64,000 bases of DNA from NCBI GenBank assembly GCA_964035545.1, contig OZ037773.1:9267751-9331750 (forward strand), written 5' to 3'. Numbering within the stretch: position 1 is the stretch's first letter; each line of letters starts with the position of its first letter. Made by a program: the position numbers and the translations under genes. Shown here in pieces: positions 32,101 through 47,100 of this stretch. The DNA comes from Bugula neritina (lineage: Eukaryota; Animalia; Bryozoa). The notes below the pieces were generated by a model, which was not told the origin of the DNA, did no database searches, and saw only the letters and a list, made by a program, of their open reading frames with translations.

Positions 32101-34301
32101 ACAAAAATATTTCTTCTTAGTGATTAACCAACAAGTTATATTTTAACTATAATATAATGCTAAAAGCAGTTGTTTTATTTTAACATAAATTTAAAAGGCT
32201 TAGCAAATTTGTGTCAACAACTGTTAAATCAATTATATAGTTAAATTTTCAACCTCAAATTAAAAATGACATATAATTATGTTTTAAATTGTTTAGGTAA
32301 AACTTTAATTTAATGGTCTAATAAAATAATCGGGTTATAAATATATGAACACTAGTATATATAAAAAAGAAAATCATAGAAAATGTAAGTAATGTAATTA
32401 TAATAATTATATACCTTAAATATATATCTGATGCGTTTCCCTAATTGACTATATAATATAATATAATACATTACATATTATATTATATTATATTATATTA
32501 TATTATATTATACTTAGTGTATGTGTAGTCCCATGCACACTTAAGACAACATAACATATTCTGATTATGATAAACATATATAAACAAGTATTCATTCTTT
32601 AGCATACTTGTATATTATTCTTGGTCTCATTAGGGTGAAGGGCTGCTATGTAGACAAAGTAATAGTTTTCTGGCCAGGTCTTTATAAACAATATCACCGA
32701 ATAATCAGTCTAATAGTAGTACTAGATGGGACTGAAGGGGTCCAAGTGCTGACATGTGTATACTTATAAATGGCCCTTTGTATACTCTTATATATCACCT
32801 TCTTCTCAATGGCAGCAAGTAGCCTATTGCTCTGCTATATTCAGAAAGGGGGGGGGGGGGCTAAACGAGACCCAACTCTTGTGGTGTGATTCATTAGTGG
32901 GCCAACTGCAATAGCGGAGATTGATGCTTCCCTCTTATCAAGTATATGAAAATGCTTTTACTTATTCCTTGTCTTATCTCATTGATTTTTTACACGCTGC
33001 AATGTGATTACAGGGAAGGATTGAACAATTGATTTAGAAAGGGGGCTTCCATAACAAAGTTTAGGAAGTTTTGTTTAGTGATTTGTAAGCTGAAAGTGAG
33101 ATGCTGCTTGAAAAACTTGCTTCAAATGACACTTAGTATTAAAACTATTAGGTGCACATATATATATTAACTTTTGATAGAAAAAGCCGTAGAAAAGTAT
33201 TGCACTGAAAAGATTTGATAAAAAAAGCCACATTGAAGCTAAAATTTGGCACAATATACACTAGAACTGTACAAGGAACAAAAAAAGTTTGATCCCAAGT
33301 TGAAACCACACCTGCCTTTGAGGCATAAAATTATATAAAGCATTTGGTGTTGTGAGGAACACAATAGCTACAGTGAAGTAATGTAAATTGCTTTGAAAGT
33401 AACCCAATTCCTTCAAAGTTATTATATAATATAGTATACACAAAGCGATCTTCATATAAAATCTTCTCAGAAACTGTTTTCTATTGGAATTCATTCACAA
33501 GTAATTTACCAAAAGAGGCCTTTAAATTGTGCTGAGCTGTTGCATTGCTCCAATTGTTACATGTTTTATGCGCAAGTATTTTATAAAAAAATTCATTTTA
33601 TTAAATTTTCTTAAAGAAAGCCGAGAAGGTAATGAAAGTATCAATTGCGAAAATATCTTAAAGCTTATAAAAGTTAAAAAAATATCCATTATAATTGCCC
33701 TGCAGTTATAGTTACGAAATATTTACTTGCTGTAACAAACTACCATGAATTGATTGCTTTTAATTTAAGCTATGAACTAAGGTTGACATTAAGTTCTAGG
33801 CCTGCAGACACTTTGTGCCATCTTTTTATAATTAAAGCTGTTTGGTATAGACATAACTTTATAGAAAATGTTTTTAATCAGCTGACACGAGGAAATGATA
33901 AAATTTCTCTACACTCCTGCTAGTTGTAAACTTCACAGCATGCATTCTTATTACTGTGATGAAGCATAGCTAACGTGCATGCACATGTTTTGTTACAGTT
34001 ATGGGTGTTAGATAATTGAGTAATTTAGTTATAAGCTGAGCTCTAACTAAACCTGATGAAGTTGATTTCACTGTTTGGTATATTATGTGACTTCTGTTTA
34101 AGATTCTATACTATTTTGTGCGACACCGTTTTCTCTGGGTTAGTTATTGTTGTTTGGTGCTCAGTTGAAGGATTACTAAACCTGGTAGAAATGATTTCAC
34201 CAGTAAAACTGTACCTAATAAAAAGCAGCTTTACTAATTATGGTAAGTGAAATTACAATATCATAAGAATATTCTATTACATTTAAATAAATTGGTTTTG
34301 A

Positions 34302-34411
<110 letters not shown>

Positions 34412-35117
34412 TGGTAGCATATAAAAAACATTATTCAATTCTTGGAAATCAATATCTTCATTGGTTTCGAACTAGTGTGGTTTCGAGCTGGTGTGTAAAT
34501 GAGTTTTCAATTAATTTTCAATATAATTTAATTTTGCTTTGAAGCTATACAGCCTTTGTATTTTAATGACTATAATAAACATTGCCTGAGAAATTACATG
34601 TATGGTCGCGTTAATTATTCAACATATTATTATCGCAACGTGCAGAGGCTGTATTTTCTATACTTTTGTTTAATTATATCTATAATAATGCAAAATAATG
34701 ATTATAATGTAATACAATTATATTAATTAAATAATTATCACCAATGGATAATATATTTTATTTTATTAAAAATGTAGTTTATAGAAATAATAATGTTAAT
34801 ATATTATTCAACTATTTATATTTTTAAACTTTTTAAATCTATAACTATATATATATTATAATGTGACCATTTAATGCTTATCTATATAAACATTCAACAA
34901 CATTATATGAATAAAATAAAAATATATTGTTCTGGAGTACTATAATGAGACATATTTGGTTAAGCTGATTCAAAAGAAACTATATAGTTTAGGGCTGAAC
35001 TAACAACTCAAACAACAAGTTATATTTTCTACAGTTGGCATTTCATTCAGCAACTTAACCCTTCAAGAGACTGTAGTATATTTATATATACATATTTATA
35101 TATTTGGTGTGTTTTAG

Positions 35118-38100
35118 ACAGAGCTGGCTCTGTGTCACAGGAAACTCAGCAGGTAAGTTATTTCATCATGACTCATCCTGTATGCAGTCTGGCTCATAGC
35201 GGTCTCTTTGGTGTGAGAGGCACATTACAAGGACATCTTGCTGCATGTGCGCTTCATATAACTGTTCTAGAACAAATGATAGTATATATGCCTTGACAAA
35301 ATGCCTGCAACATGTGCAACTAATTTCTGTGTAAGTCACAAATTTCTTCATATTGTAGAGTGACTCTGGAGATATAGAATTGCCACAAAGAAGTACATCA
35401 TCAGCTGAACGGTAAGTATAAGCATTGCAATTACATAATATCACACGATTCGCCAGATTTAATAACTTTATATAAAGTGTTATATTATATTATATTATTA
35501 TATATTAATACTATAATTATATATTATAAATTAAGTTTTATAAGTTTTCTGTCAACCCAAAAATTAATTCCAACATGATTATATAGTTAGACATCGGCTC
35601 TTTGTTTAAAGTAAAAGTTAAAGCAAACAGTTGCACATGTGTGAGATGAATCACATCCTGTATAGAAAAAGAATTATTCTGTTATATAATATTCTATGAT
35701 AACATTATTTATAAAAAGCAATAGTAATTAGCTACACACAATTAAAATAACTTATCATATATATTAATATTTATAAACAGCATTATGTGGGAAGCAGTAC
35801 AGAAAATTGATTATAGCTTATATATGTTGCCATGGTAACCGTTATTTATTACTAGATATTGATCTGTGATTATAGAATATATATAGTAGCCAATCCTTTT
35901 ACCAGACAGCATTTTGCTAGTTGGAAGTTCTATAAGAGGGTGTATTTGCACTTTGCACGTTGGTATATGCTTTAATGCAACTTGTTTGTGTTTTTTTTTC
36001 TAAATATTTTTATACAAAATTAGTAAATATTCTTTTTTAATTTTTCATAGTAGGAAGTAAATTTAGAAAGCAGATAAAACAAGTACTATATATATAATAC
36101 AAATATCTTTGGATTTTTCTATTAAAAATAAATGCGCATTTTGCATAGTTTATTTTATCAAGTTTTGTATACAGGTCAGGAGAGTTGCTTTCTCCTGAAT
36201 CATCCAAATCTACCAACTCTTGTGAGGAATCTTATTGGTGGGATAAAAGCTGCATGAATAGAGATAGTCTGAGTAACGAACAACAGGTAAGCCTTGTGAT
36301 AAGTCAATATATTAACTCATGGTCAGCAATTTTAACTTAAACATGTCACATCTTTAAGATGGTATGTTAAACTTATAATTTAGAGTTTTTTCTTTTGTAA
36401 AAGACAAATTTTATTTTAATGATTTAAACCTAGTTAATAAATTTTACTACTCAATTACAGAATGAATTAGCATAATGCAATATGCTATTATATTATAATG
36501 CATTGTAATAAAGCTTATTGTAGCATTATATGTCATATATATATAAAATAATATAATATAATATTATAATATTATGTTATAATGCATTTTAATGCAACAT
36601 AGTATTATGATATAATGTAATATATGGTGCCAAAACATAAAATATTAAAATATAGTTTTATGGTATATAATATTAGGTTTTATCAGCTGATAAAAATTTT
36701 ACGGGATTTAATTTCATTTTTCTCAGGTTTCCTCTGACCAAGAGTTGTTCACCAACAGCTCTTCTACTCCTGACTTCTGCTCCCCTTTGACCTCCCCTTT
36801 GACCCCTCCTTTGACCTTTCATTTAACCGCTTCTGGTAATAGTACTCCCCTGAGTTGTCTGCACAATGTTTCTCAGTCACTGAATGAGAAGAAAACTCCA
36901 GAAGCATCTCTCGGCTCTGAACATAGACTGAGCACCAATAATTACCTGAGTCCCTCGTCTACCATACCCCCATCACAAGAGACAGGGCAACGTGGTCATG
37001 TGACTACAGGAAACTCGGCTACAGCACCAATCACAGGAAATACCCCTCCAGTCTGTGAACTCAGTGAGTCTTCTCTCAAAGGAAGTGCAGCTGAGTCACT
37101 GCTTACTACTGTATGCAATGAAGGTCAGGGCGTGAAAAGTACAGAGGAGATTAAAGGAGAAGACAACTTTGACTTACACAGGTATTATGATTTCACTAGG
37201 TATTCAAAGGCGTGTTGCAACTAATATAGTGATTTATTTTGTATCTCGAGTTATTTAGCTAGCTGCCGACCTGCAAGTTCTATATCTTACTGCAACATAT
37301 AAAATTAAATATTAAAAACTTATGCTGAAGTTTGAAAACTTCTCAAATTTATACAGTTAACTTTTTTATTGCATAATAATTTGGCAGACTGATATAATGT
37401 ATCTTATATGAGTATAAAAGCTTTAAATAACTTTTGAACTGAGTAGGTCTGAGTTAATAATAATATATCTTAGAACATAAACATGAACAACAACATAGCT
37501 TTTATTGACTTACAACGGGCTGCTTGAACGACACCGTAACTGCATTGCGTGACAAAGATGAGAATTCAAGCCTAACATCTGCACTTTCATACACCAGAAG
37601 CAGCTGTATTACGCATTAGTCAAAAAGGTCAGAGGTCGAAATATATTGACATGTAGTTGAGGCACAGTTTTATTCATTAATAAGTGCATTGGAAATAGTA
37701 ATAGTCAAAGAAGCTGTCAATACACCAACAGGGTAGGTGGGCTTCTCTAGGCTGTATGTTGGTTGTGATTCAATAAAGATAGGAGCACTTGTTACTTGAT
37801 TGGGAGCAGCTTTACATATTTTGTGTGAATTGATGGTGACAATCCATCAATTTTCTGCATCTTGTATAAAGGGTTCATCTTCATGACCAAAAAGAAATCT
37901 TCGGGATAACAGGTATAATATTTAGCCAATAGGCATAAAATAAATGAATAGTACGCAAAATGGCTGTCATAACGGCACTATTGCATAGAGTTTATCATAG
38001 GCTACTCGGGTGTATAATCATAATGGCGTTGTACTATCAGTATCACAATGTGAATGTGAAGTTTTAGCTCCATTTCCTTGTGATTTTTCACCCACTGTTT

Positions 38101-41100
38101 GTAGAACTCCATTTCAGTAGCTATTTTAGAAACTATTTTAATGGTGGTGTTATTAGATGCATTTCATTCTAAACTAAATAGCTCAACTATCAGCATTAAA
38201 GCTTTTATTTTATAGAAATCGAGCTAAAAGACCTGATAGCTTGGCCCTCACCAAGGCTTCTGGCTCTGGCAGTAGCTATAAAAGCCCCTCATTTGTACAG
38301 GAGTTGCAACCAAATCTCAGTCTACCCACCAACATTCCTCCTGCTGCTAGCGGAGTCATGTCCTCTTGCCAAGACAACGTGATTAAGGAGAGGTGGGTTG
38401 AGACGGTGAACATGCATGAGGAGTTGTCCCTATCTGCCTCCCGTCCTGAGCTCTTGGGCAAACATCGATTGGCTAACTGCCATGTCCGTAAGTAAATTAT
38501 TGTTATTTTACTTCTAAACTTCAGAAATGGAGAGTCTCCGTGATCTAGGGGCTAGAATGCATGGCTTAGTAAACTCAAGGTCATGGGTTTGATCCCTAGT
38601 AAAGGCTATTGGTGATGATAGGAAGAGCATCCAGTAATATAACTGCTTCTTTGTCCCAGGAATGATAATACTAAATTTACTTTCTCTGAAAAGTTTGCCA
38701 TGATATTCTAAAGTCATACGTTTATATAAGCTGATATTATATAGACACTGTGTCTATATAATTGTTACATAACTTGCTAGATAGCAAGGCATTGTAATTC
38801 AACACTGTAATATTTACTAGCACTTGCTTACACATCAAGTATAGCAAAGATAGAGATGTTAGTCTTCCATCAGTGATAGGATTGTGGCAGCCAATCTAAA
38901 GGTTGATTGCTTTTGCCAGCAACGTCTACATAGTTGGTAGGGTTACTCTAAAAATGTAAAAAATAGCAAAGATAAACTTTATCCAGTTTTATTTTAGCCT
39001 CAAATATGTCTTATTTAGTTGAAAGCTCTACAATATTTAACTTTCTGTGGTCTTCATTTTGATGAGATTAACATATGTTTGTCTGACAATGTCTGGGTTC
39101 AACTAAAAGGCCCCTGCAAAAACAAGATAAGAATTCAAATCATTTTATATTGAAACTTGTCATGTTTGCTATATCTCAGATGTAGAGTATCTGTATTCCA
39201 GCATCTTGGCTATGGGTTGCCAAAAGGAAAAATATAACAGTCATAATTATGTAGGATTATTATTGGCTATAATTGTTAGTCTAGTCAATAATTGAGCAAT
39301 AACTTAATCTAAGCCATTACAACGGACCTGACATCATGCTTTTTATTAGTCTAACGTCCATACAAAGTCTTTATATTTTAAATCTGCAGTTTTTAGCCTG
39401 CGCATTCATCTCACTCCTTTGAAAGGTCCAATATCTGCCACCACGTCTCTGTGTGTTATAGTGTCCTGTAATATTTCACATGTTTGATCATCTGATGAAT
39501 AATATATTAGTAGGTAATTATAACCGCAACAACATTTATAAAGTTATAGCCTTAGATTTCTCTTAACATATTTGAGAGCTCTGTAGCCTAGCCCAAAGGA
39601 GGGTGGGAGTGTTAGTGTCCCTTATAGGAGGTGCTAGCTATACAGCTATAACAACTACAGCAGGTCAGGAATCTTTGTTCTAGGAGACATGTTACTTAGA
39701 AAGAATTTCTTTGGTAAATTATGTTCACTGTTTACCATAATTTTAAAATATTTCACTAAATGAAAAGTTAGGTTAGACACTGTATACAAGTACTGTATGC
39801 ATTAAATACTTTATAAATAAGTATTAAAACAGAAGGCACAGAGATATTTCAGGAAGATGAATAATTTGGGAATATTGCATGGGAGGTCATGTGAGTGTGA
39901 CGGCAATTGCAATGTCACAGCCTTATAAGGTTATCAAGAGTCTTTTCCTGGCGGCTTTGTTTGCGCTAGTTACTAAACTGGCTGCTACTGCAATATTATT
40001 ATAAAAACAGTTATTATTGCAATTCCTGAAATGCTATCATTTCTAAAATAACACATTCCTTCAGTCTTCATCAATGCTCTGCAATATTGCTTTGCTATAG
40101 GCTACTGTCTGAAATACGCATTTCCCAAAATGTTTCCAGCCAAGAAAAATTTCAGCATCCATTTTTTAGTAAATATTTCAAGAATGTCGTCACTACTGCA
40201 TGTAGTTATAGTTACTGTAGTAGTTACTAGCACATTCCACTGTCATTCCTGCTGTATTCACTGCTAAAGTTCTAAAACATAACTTCTAAAGAGGAACCAT
40301 TTTCTGGCTAATACTTTTAAATTATAAAACTATGTATGTTTTTGTCTAGTATAAGGGAATTGTAACAAAATTTGCAAAATCTGGTTATGGTAAGGCTTTT
40401 GTAAAGATATGTTTTTGACACGCTCTCAAATATGATTTACAGTAGTTTAAAAAGTATTTTCCGGGTTTTTTTTTGCAAAGACATGATTTTGAAAAGCTAT
40501 GCTGCCTTCTATTGTTTTATATTTAAATATAAGCATCTCACCATATATATAACTACTCCCACTTAGAGGTTATAGTGGATTCATATTGTTATTAAAACAA
40601 AAAAAGCTACGCTATAACTGACGCCATGCTAATGTTAGTTTTTCTCGTGTCAACAGAAACTGTTAAGTTGCTGAATGTAAATACAAGCTTTGATAGCTTT
40701 ACGAAGCTTTGTATAAAATCTTTTACTACATCTACTTTTATTTGAATAAAGTAGAGTAAGCTGAGAAGATGACTACCAACACAGTAATCATGCATTGCAC
40801 TCGGACAATATTTATTTGAATAACCGGTCAAATTTATTCAAGTCATCAGACAGCAGCCTCTGTTTCAGTGCCATATTTCCTGTTGTCTTTTTATTGTCAA
40901 ATTTTCTTAGCCCAATATATAGTTGTCCTTGCTCATTGCATGAGTAAAAAATTCATTGACAGCCATTTTGCTACGCTTCAAAGCCCATGAGAGCTCCAAA
41001 TAGTTTAAATTTGTTTCAAAGAAATATTATTTGCTGAATTTTGTTACGTACACTGCACCTAATAATTATGAGTAAGAGAGGTAAGTCCAGATTCTGGTGA

Positions 41101-44100
41101 GAGAGTTGTAGCAGTTCTCAAGTTATATACAGCACTATAGCGCCTGCATGTATATAACGCAATATGTGAATACTTGACTATGTTGGGATTACAGTCTTTA
41201 GTTACTTGGTGGGCAATTTGTGAAGGAAACTCACATCTGGTGCAAATTTGTAGAAAGAGTTAAATATTAGTAGTATTGATCTCTATTCAACATTACTAAT
41301 CATCTATACATACTGCATATATGTAAGGGTTCAAACTCCACTGAAAACAAGATATGCTCCCCATTATTCCCTATATTTAACTCAAGTATACAACTTATAT
41401 GGCTGTTGCAACAACAAAAGTCATTTGCCGTCACTCAGTGTAGGTGTAGGCGTCATAGCTAGAATATGATTTTCTATATTCTTGTATTTCCATCTTTACG
41501 ACAGCCCTTCATATTATTAGCCAACAACTAATGGCGTTGGTTGAATCACAAAGCCATGGAAACCGGCCAACATACTCTAGGCATAATGTAACAAAATGTG
41601 TGAAACAAGTTCATGATGAAAACTTCAGTTGCATAAGCTAAAAAATTTAAATTGTAAATCATACACTCTGCGAAAGAAATCAGTAACTGAGTACTTCTAC
41701 CAGTCTCCTTTGAACTCTTGCAGCTGCTGAGTAGAAATCCTGTACAGAAAAGTCAAATCTATTTTAGAGATTCTCAACTATTATAGCTGTAGATTGAAAA
41801 GGCCATTCTGATTGCTTTAAAATATAATATAATATAAAAAACAGTTTTAATTTTATTTAAATTCAAAACACAGTTCTCGTCACCATGCAATGTTCATATA
41901 TAATTTGACACTGATTTTTGTAGCTGAAAAAGCAGATATTGGTGAAGCCAGCAGTAAAGATGATGACAATTTCTATTTAAAGAAAAACTCTAATTTCACA
42001 GGTATATGTTTACAATAATTTAATTATTTGTTTATATATAGTTTCACTATTTCTATATATATAATTTGAGCATTTTATGCAGCCGTTGCATAATTCACAT
42101 AATGCCAATGTTGCAGGTTATAGATATATACATTTCAATAAACATTTCTTAGGGTATAGTCAAAATTGAGTAACTGTTTATATGGTTATTGAGTTTAGAA
42201 AGTCTTAATAGTATATTTATACTTGTAATAAAAAGCGAGTTAAAAAATATGTAAATGAAAAGAATTTGTTACATTACTACAAAATTTATTTACGCAATTA
42301 GAAATATGTCTGTTATTATTTTAGGTTATGAGCTAGCTTCATTTTTCACCAAAACTGTTTTTGAGGAGATGGATATAAGAGCCACCAACTATGAATCAAT
42401 CATACATCTCATGTGCAGACAACTTCAAAATTTAGGAGTGCTTGAAACTATTACTGAAACCCACAATGACCGCTATTATCCAAAGGAGCCATTATTTAAA
42501 GTAAGTTTTTTTTCAAGTGTATGCAGTGCAATAAGTGAGGTCGCAACTTTCATAACGAAACATTAGGGTTTAATATAAGTGGAGTGTTTTCACAGTTACA
42601 GCCCTTTTACGTAAAAAAGTTCATTTTTAATGGCGTTTTGCACAACCTCATTTACATGCAGCATGTTTTCTATAAGCCATTTCGTAATTAAATAATTATT
42701 TTGTACCTCATAGAATTCAAAACAAATAAGTTGCAAAATTACAAACAAAAACAGCTGTTGACCAACCAAAGATAATTACTACACTTATTATAGTAAGCTA
42801 TATCCCTGTGGTTGCACCATTTCAATGGACACACGTCGTACTTCCAGTACACCCTGTCACTGTCACTGGCTAACAATGTCAGAATGTGTCCAGCTGATAG
42901 AGAAAACAGAGAACAAACCACAATATGTCGCAACTAATAATTTTACAGTTGCTGTGTGGTTGTAAGACTGCTACAAGATTATTTAACTATACCAGTTGAT
43001 ATATTGCAGCTTTGAAAATTCTATAAAGATACGTCATCAAATAGCAAACATCAAGTCTTGTGCAAGCAGCCTATATATCTGTTATTTACTGACATCAATT
43101 TTGTTGCAATCAGTATTTATTATTTATTAAATCATTTCTTTAAATAGTTAGGATATAGCTGAAGTATTATAGTAGGTGTTTAATAATTATATATATATAA
43201 GGTAAAATTATAATATTTCTTTAATGCTAAATTTATAGTTGCATGGTATGTTTTCACTATTCTCTTGATCATTGCTTACAGCTAGATGAAACATACAGAT
43301 GGGCTAATGCTGACAAGTTTTATACACCCAACCAAACGCCGCCCAGTAATTGTCTAGAAGAAAAGTTGAAGAAACTGAAGCTACACAATAAGCATTTGAG
43401 GTCAAGGCTAAATGAGTTAACTGAAGAACTTCAGTTTAGTAAGACAGCTGAAGAGAAGGAAGCTGTTAGACTGAGATCCAACCTCAGCTTACCCTGTGAG
43501 ATTGAGGTGGGCTGATATACGTTGCCGTATTTAAAAAAGTTTCTAAGACTAGCTTAATCTGAGCACATGCACTTAGTTTTCCTGAAATTTTTCTCTGCAT
43601 GTAAGGCAGGGTCGAAGATTTCAAAGTTCAATTGTATAGAATATATTATAGCTTTTAGCATTTTACAATAAACTAGCCTTGAAATTTTAGTTTTACATAC
43701 TTGCTGTGAGTAGGACTATTACTGATATTTGCTAGACTTTTTGCTAAAGCTAAATACAATGAAACGTTAAAATAAACTGCAAAAACCAACCAGGTTTCTT
43801 GTAACTTCTATTACTCAGTTACTTATAATTTGATTGGCTGCTTTATTCAACAGGTTCACACAGAGGGAAGGTCATGTACCAGTGTGACATTGCCTAGTAC
43901 CATCCTGTCTATTTCAACATCTAGTGAGAACTCCGATAGCCACGTCTCCTTATCTATCACTAAACCTGGGCTTGGATCACTAGGCTATCATGCAACTAAT
44001 AACAAACCTAAGGTACATGACCTTAATTTGCTATTATTTATCAATTTGATATTAAAGAGAGACATAACTTTTTATATACAGTTGTCTATTATTGGTTTAA

Positions 44101-47100
44101 TTTGTTCTAGTTAATTTGTAGCAGAAAATAATACATCAATTTTACTATAGTTAGCTTTTAATAAAAATTAAAAATTTTGCAGTATCACCAGATGATTATT
44201 AAATAAAATTTAAAAAAAATAAGCGTTTTGGGCAAATTTTAAAGTTTTATACAGTCATTGATTCTAAAAGTTGCTAACATTTCAGTTATAAATTTAGACT
44301 AATAAACTAAATTAAACTTATAAGTTATATATATGTCATTTACTAATATTCTCTTATCTGAACTGTTTCAGACACCAGTTAGGTCTACCAGTAGCTCTCC
44401 TGGCAGCAGTGACTCATTCGTGACGGCAGCAGAGCCCTCCCTCACACACAGCACCCAGGAACTCAGCACCTACGACAATACACCAGCAGAATTGAGTCAT
44501 GTGGCCGGGGAGGACAACTCTAGCACTCTGATGAGGAGTTTTCCACTGAGAAATAGGAGAGTCTCAAATGATCTCTCAGATATCTGCCCTAACTGTAGAC
44601 AGTCTTTTAATTTGAACAAAAGGTTAGTGAAGATAATTAAATACATATAATGTATGTAATGTATTGCAATATTATTATAATAATGTATATTGTCATATAA
44701 TTTAATATTATAGTATTATGATGCAATGTATTACATTATAATATGTTGCATTTTAATCAATCAGGTGTGAAGCATTTTGAAATCGCTCTTTTCCAATTAC
44801 CAAGTCTGAAAGATATGAAATAAATATCACCAAGTATTAGTGTAGTGCGCTTTCATTATTATTTTACACAAGAAAATTTGCACAAGTATATATTATATAT
44901 TATTTTGAGGGATCTTTTGTAGATTTTCGAATGTGAGTCTAGACTCTGGACTCAGTCAGTCTTACTCCGTGTGTCCTGCTACTAACGAGTCTAGCCGACC
45001 ATCAGACGATGACATTAAAGAGTTACCCCTGCATGTGTCTCAATCCACTCCTGTAAGTGCTCATATAAGATTGTTGTTTCTGTTATAGCTAGTATATGTT
45101 AACAAAAGAAGCAATATGTGAAGCAATGTGGAATATCTAAATTAATCAATTAGCATGAAAGGATATTAAAATATCTTCTAGAAACAAAATGAAAAGGGAA
45201 ACTGCCAAATTAGTTTGCTTGCAAAAAATATTTAATATGTTTTTGGTTGTTTTAGTGAGAAATTCTGGTGCCTATGAAATACTTTCACCGTTCTAAACTT
45301 CTCAACACATATACTTAGACAAAATCTAAAATTGCATCTAAATCAAACACTTTAAAAAATCCCCTAAACTGCATTACATATTTTCAAAGTAAAATTATTT
45401 GCATATTTGCATAAAGTATAAATATTTATTTTTAAACAGTTTTCTCATGATGGCTGTCACTTGACTTCTTACAGGCTTTTGGTACAGAATTTAAGAATGT
45501 TTACCTTTCTACGAGTCTAGAAGGTTCTATGAGCAGCTGCAATCCATCTGATTCGATAACCTCTCTCTCTGATAGAAATCATGACGACATCTTCAATAGG
45601 GCGGACAACTCTATGAATACTCACACTCTCGTTATTCCACCTCCCCCTCCACCACCCGCACTCAGCATGACGTGTAAGTGTCAGGCTAAGGTGCCTATCA
45701 TTAGCCGAAACTTGTAAAATATATACTTATATTCTTTATATAGCAATATTGTTACCAACTTATAGTTACATGAAGTGATGCATGGCTTTATTGTTCTGAT
45801 AATATATTATTTAGTTTTAATTAATACTATGTAAGCATTTGTTTCTGCTTTTGTGCTTTTCAAGTCGCCATTTCAATGCTTTATTTTACATAATATATGA
45901 CTGTAGCATGAGGTGATTGATAATCTACTGGGGTACATTAATGGTAATAAATCAGGGTATTGAATAATTGTTAGTGTTTTGTTAAGATATGAAATGCTCT
46001 GCGATGTATATAGAAAAAGAACAGTCTACAATATTTCTAGCTTTGTAGCAAACAAAGCAAAATAGCTGTAAAACTGTGATTTGTTGATGTTGTAGTTCCA
46101 AGAAAAAAAGCTCTGAGACCAAGAGTCAACCTCAAACCTCTCCATTGGAAAAGAATTCTGGTGGAAAACAAGTGAGTCTACAGTTCCTTTATGTTTAACC
46201 AGTAGCAAGTACTTTAGAATGACTTTCTTGCATTACACAGCATACTATTTTATTAATACTTATTTGTGAAAATCAGTTGAGTATGAATTAGAGGTTATAC
46301 AATAAGTAGCCTCGTTATTTTTCAGATCCACTCTACTTTCTCGACCCATAGTCAAACCCTCCACGATTTGGGAGAAAATTAAAGAACCAAAGATTGATGC
46401 AGAGGAACTAGAAGAGCTTTTCGCAGTTGAAAATGAAAAGGTATTCTATAATATTTAATATATATAGTAGAATATATAATAAAATATTATATTATGTTAT
46501 AATATATTGTAATAGCTATAATATACCCTAATATACTACAATTGACTAATATATTGTGAAAAGCACAAATAAATCGAATACAATTGATCAATGAAGCTGT
46601 AATGCAGTATATTGACTACAATTTAATATAATATAATTTGGTATAATATTATGCTAATAACAATGCAATATGCTATAATTTTATAATTTTCAAAGTAAGA
46701 TTTTAAGATAATAATTATATACTTTGTTTAGGATAAACTAACAAATCTCCCATCTCCCATGTTGACAATAAGGAAGAAAAACTTTACAAAAGTACTGGAG
46801 AGAAAACGATCTCAAAACTTAGGAATAATTTTATCCAGCATTCGGCAACCGTTTTCAGAGTTTAAAAAAGGTAAGACTTGGTATTGATATAGCATATATG
46901 ACTTTCAGCAACTTTTTATGTCAATTATCGTGAACCATCAATAGATTATCTTAAGAGAATAGCATAAGAAATTTATACAAAGCAAAAATCATAAATTTTT
47001 TATGAACATTTATAAGTAAAGCAAAGTACATGTTGTGCAACTCATGAATATTTAACACCAAATCTGCTTAATTAATTTACTTGACAAGTTTGCACTCACC

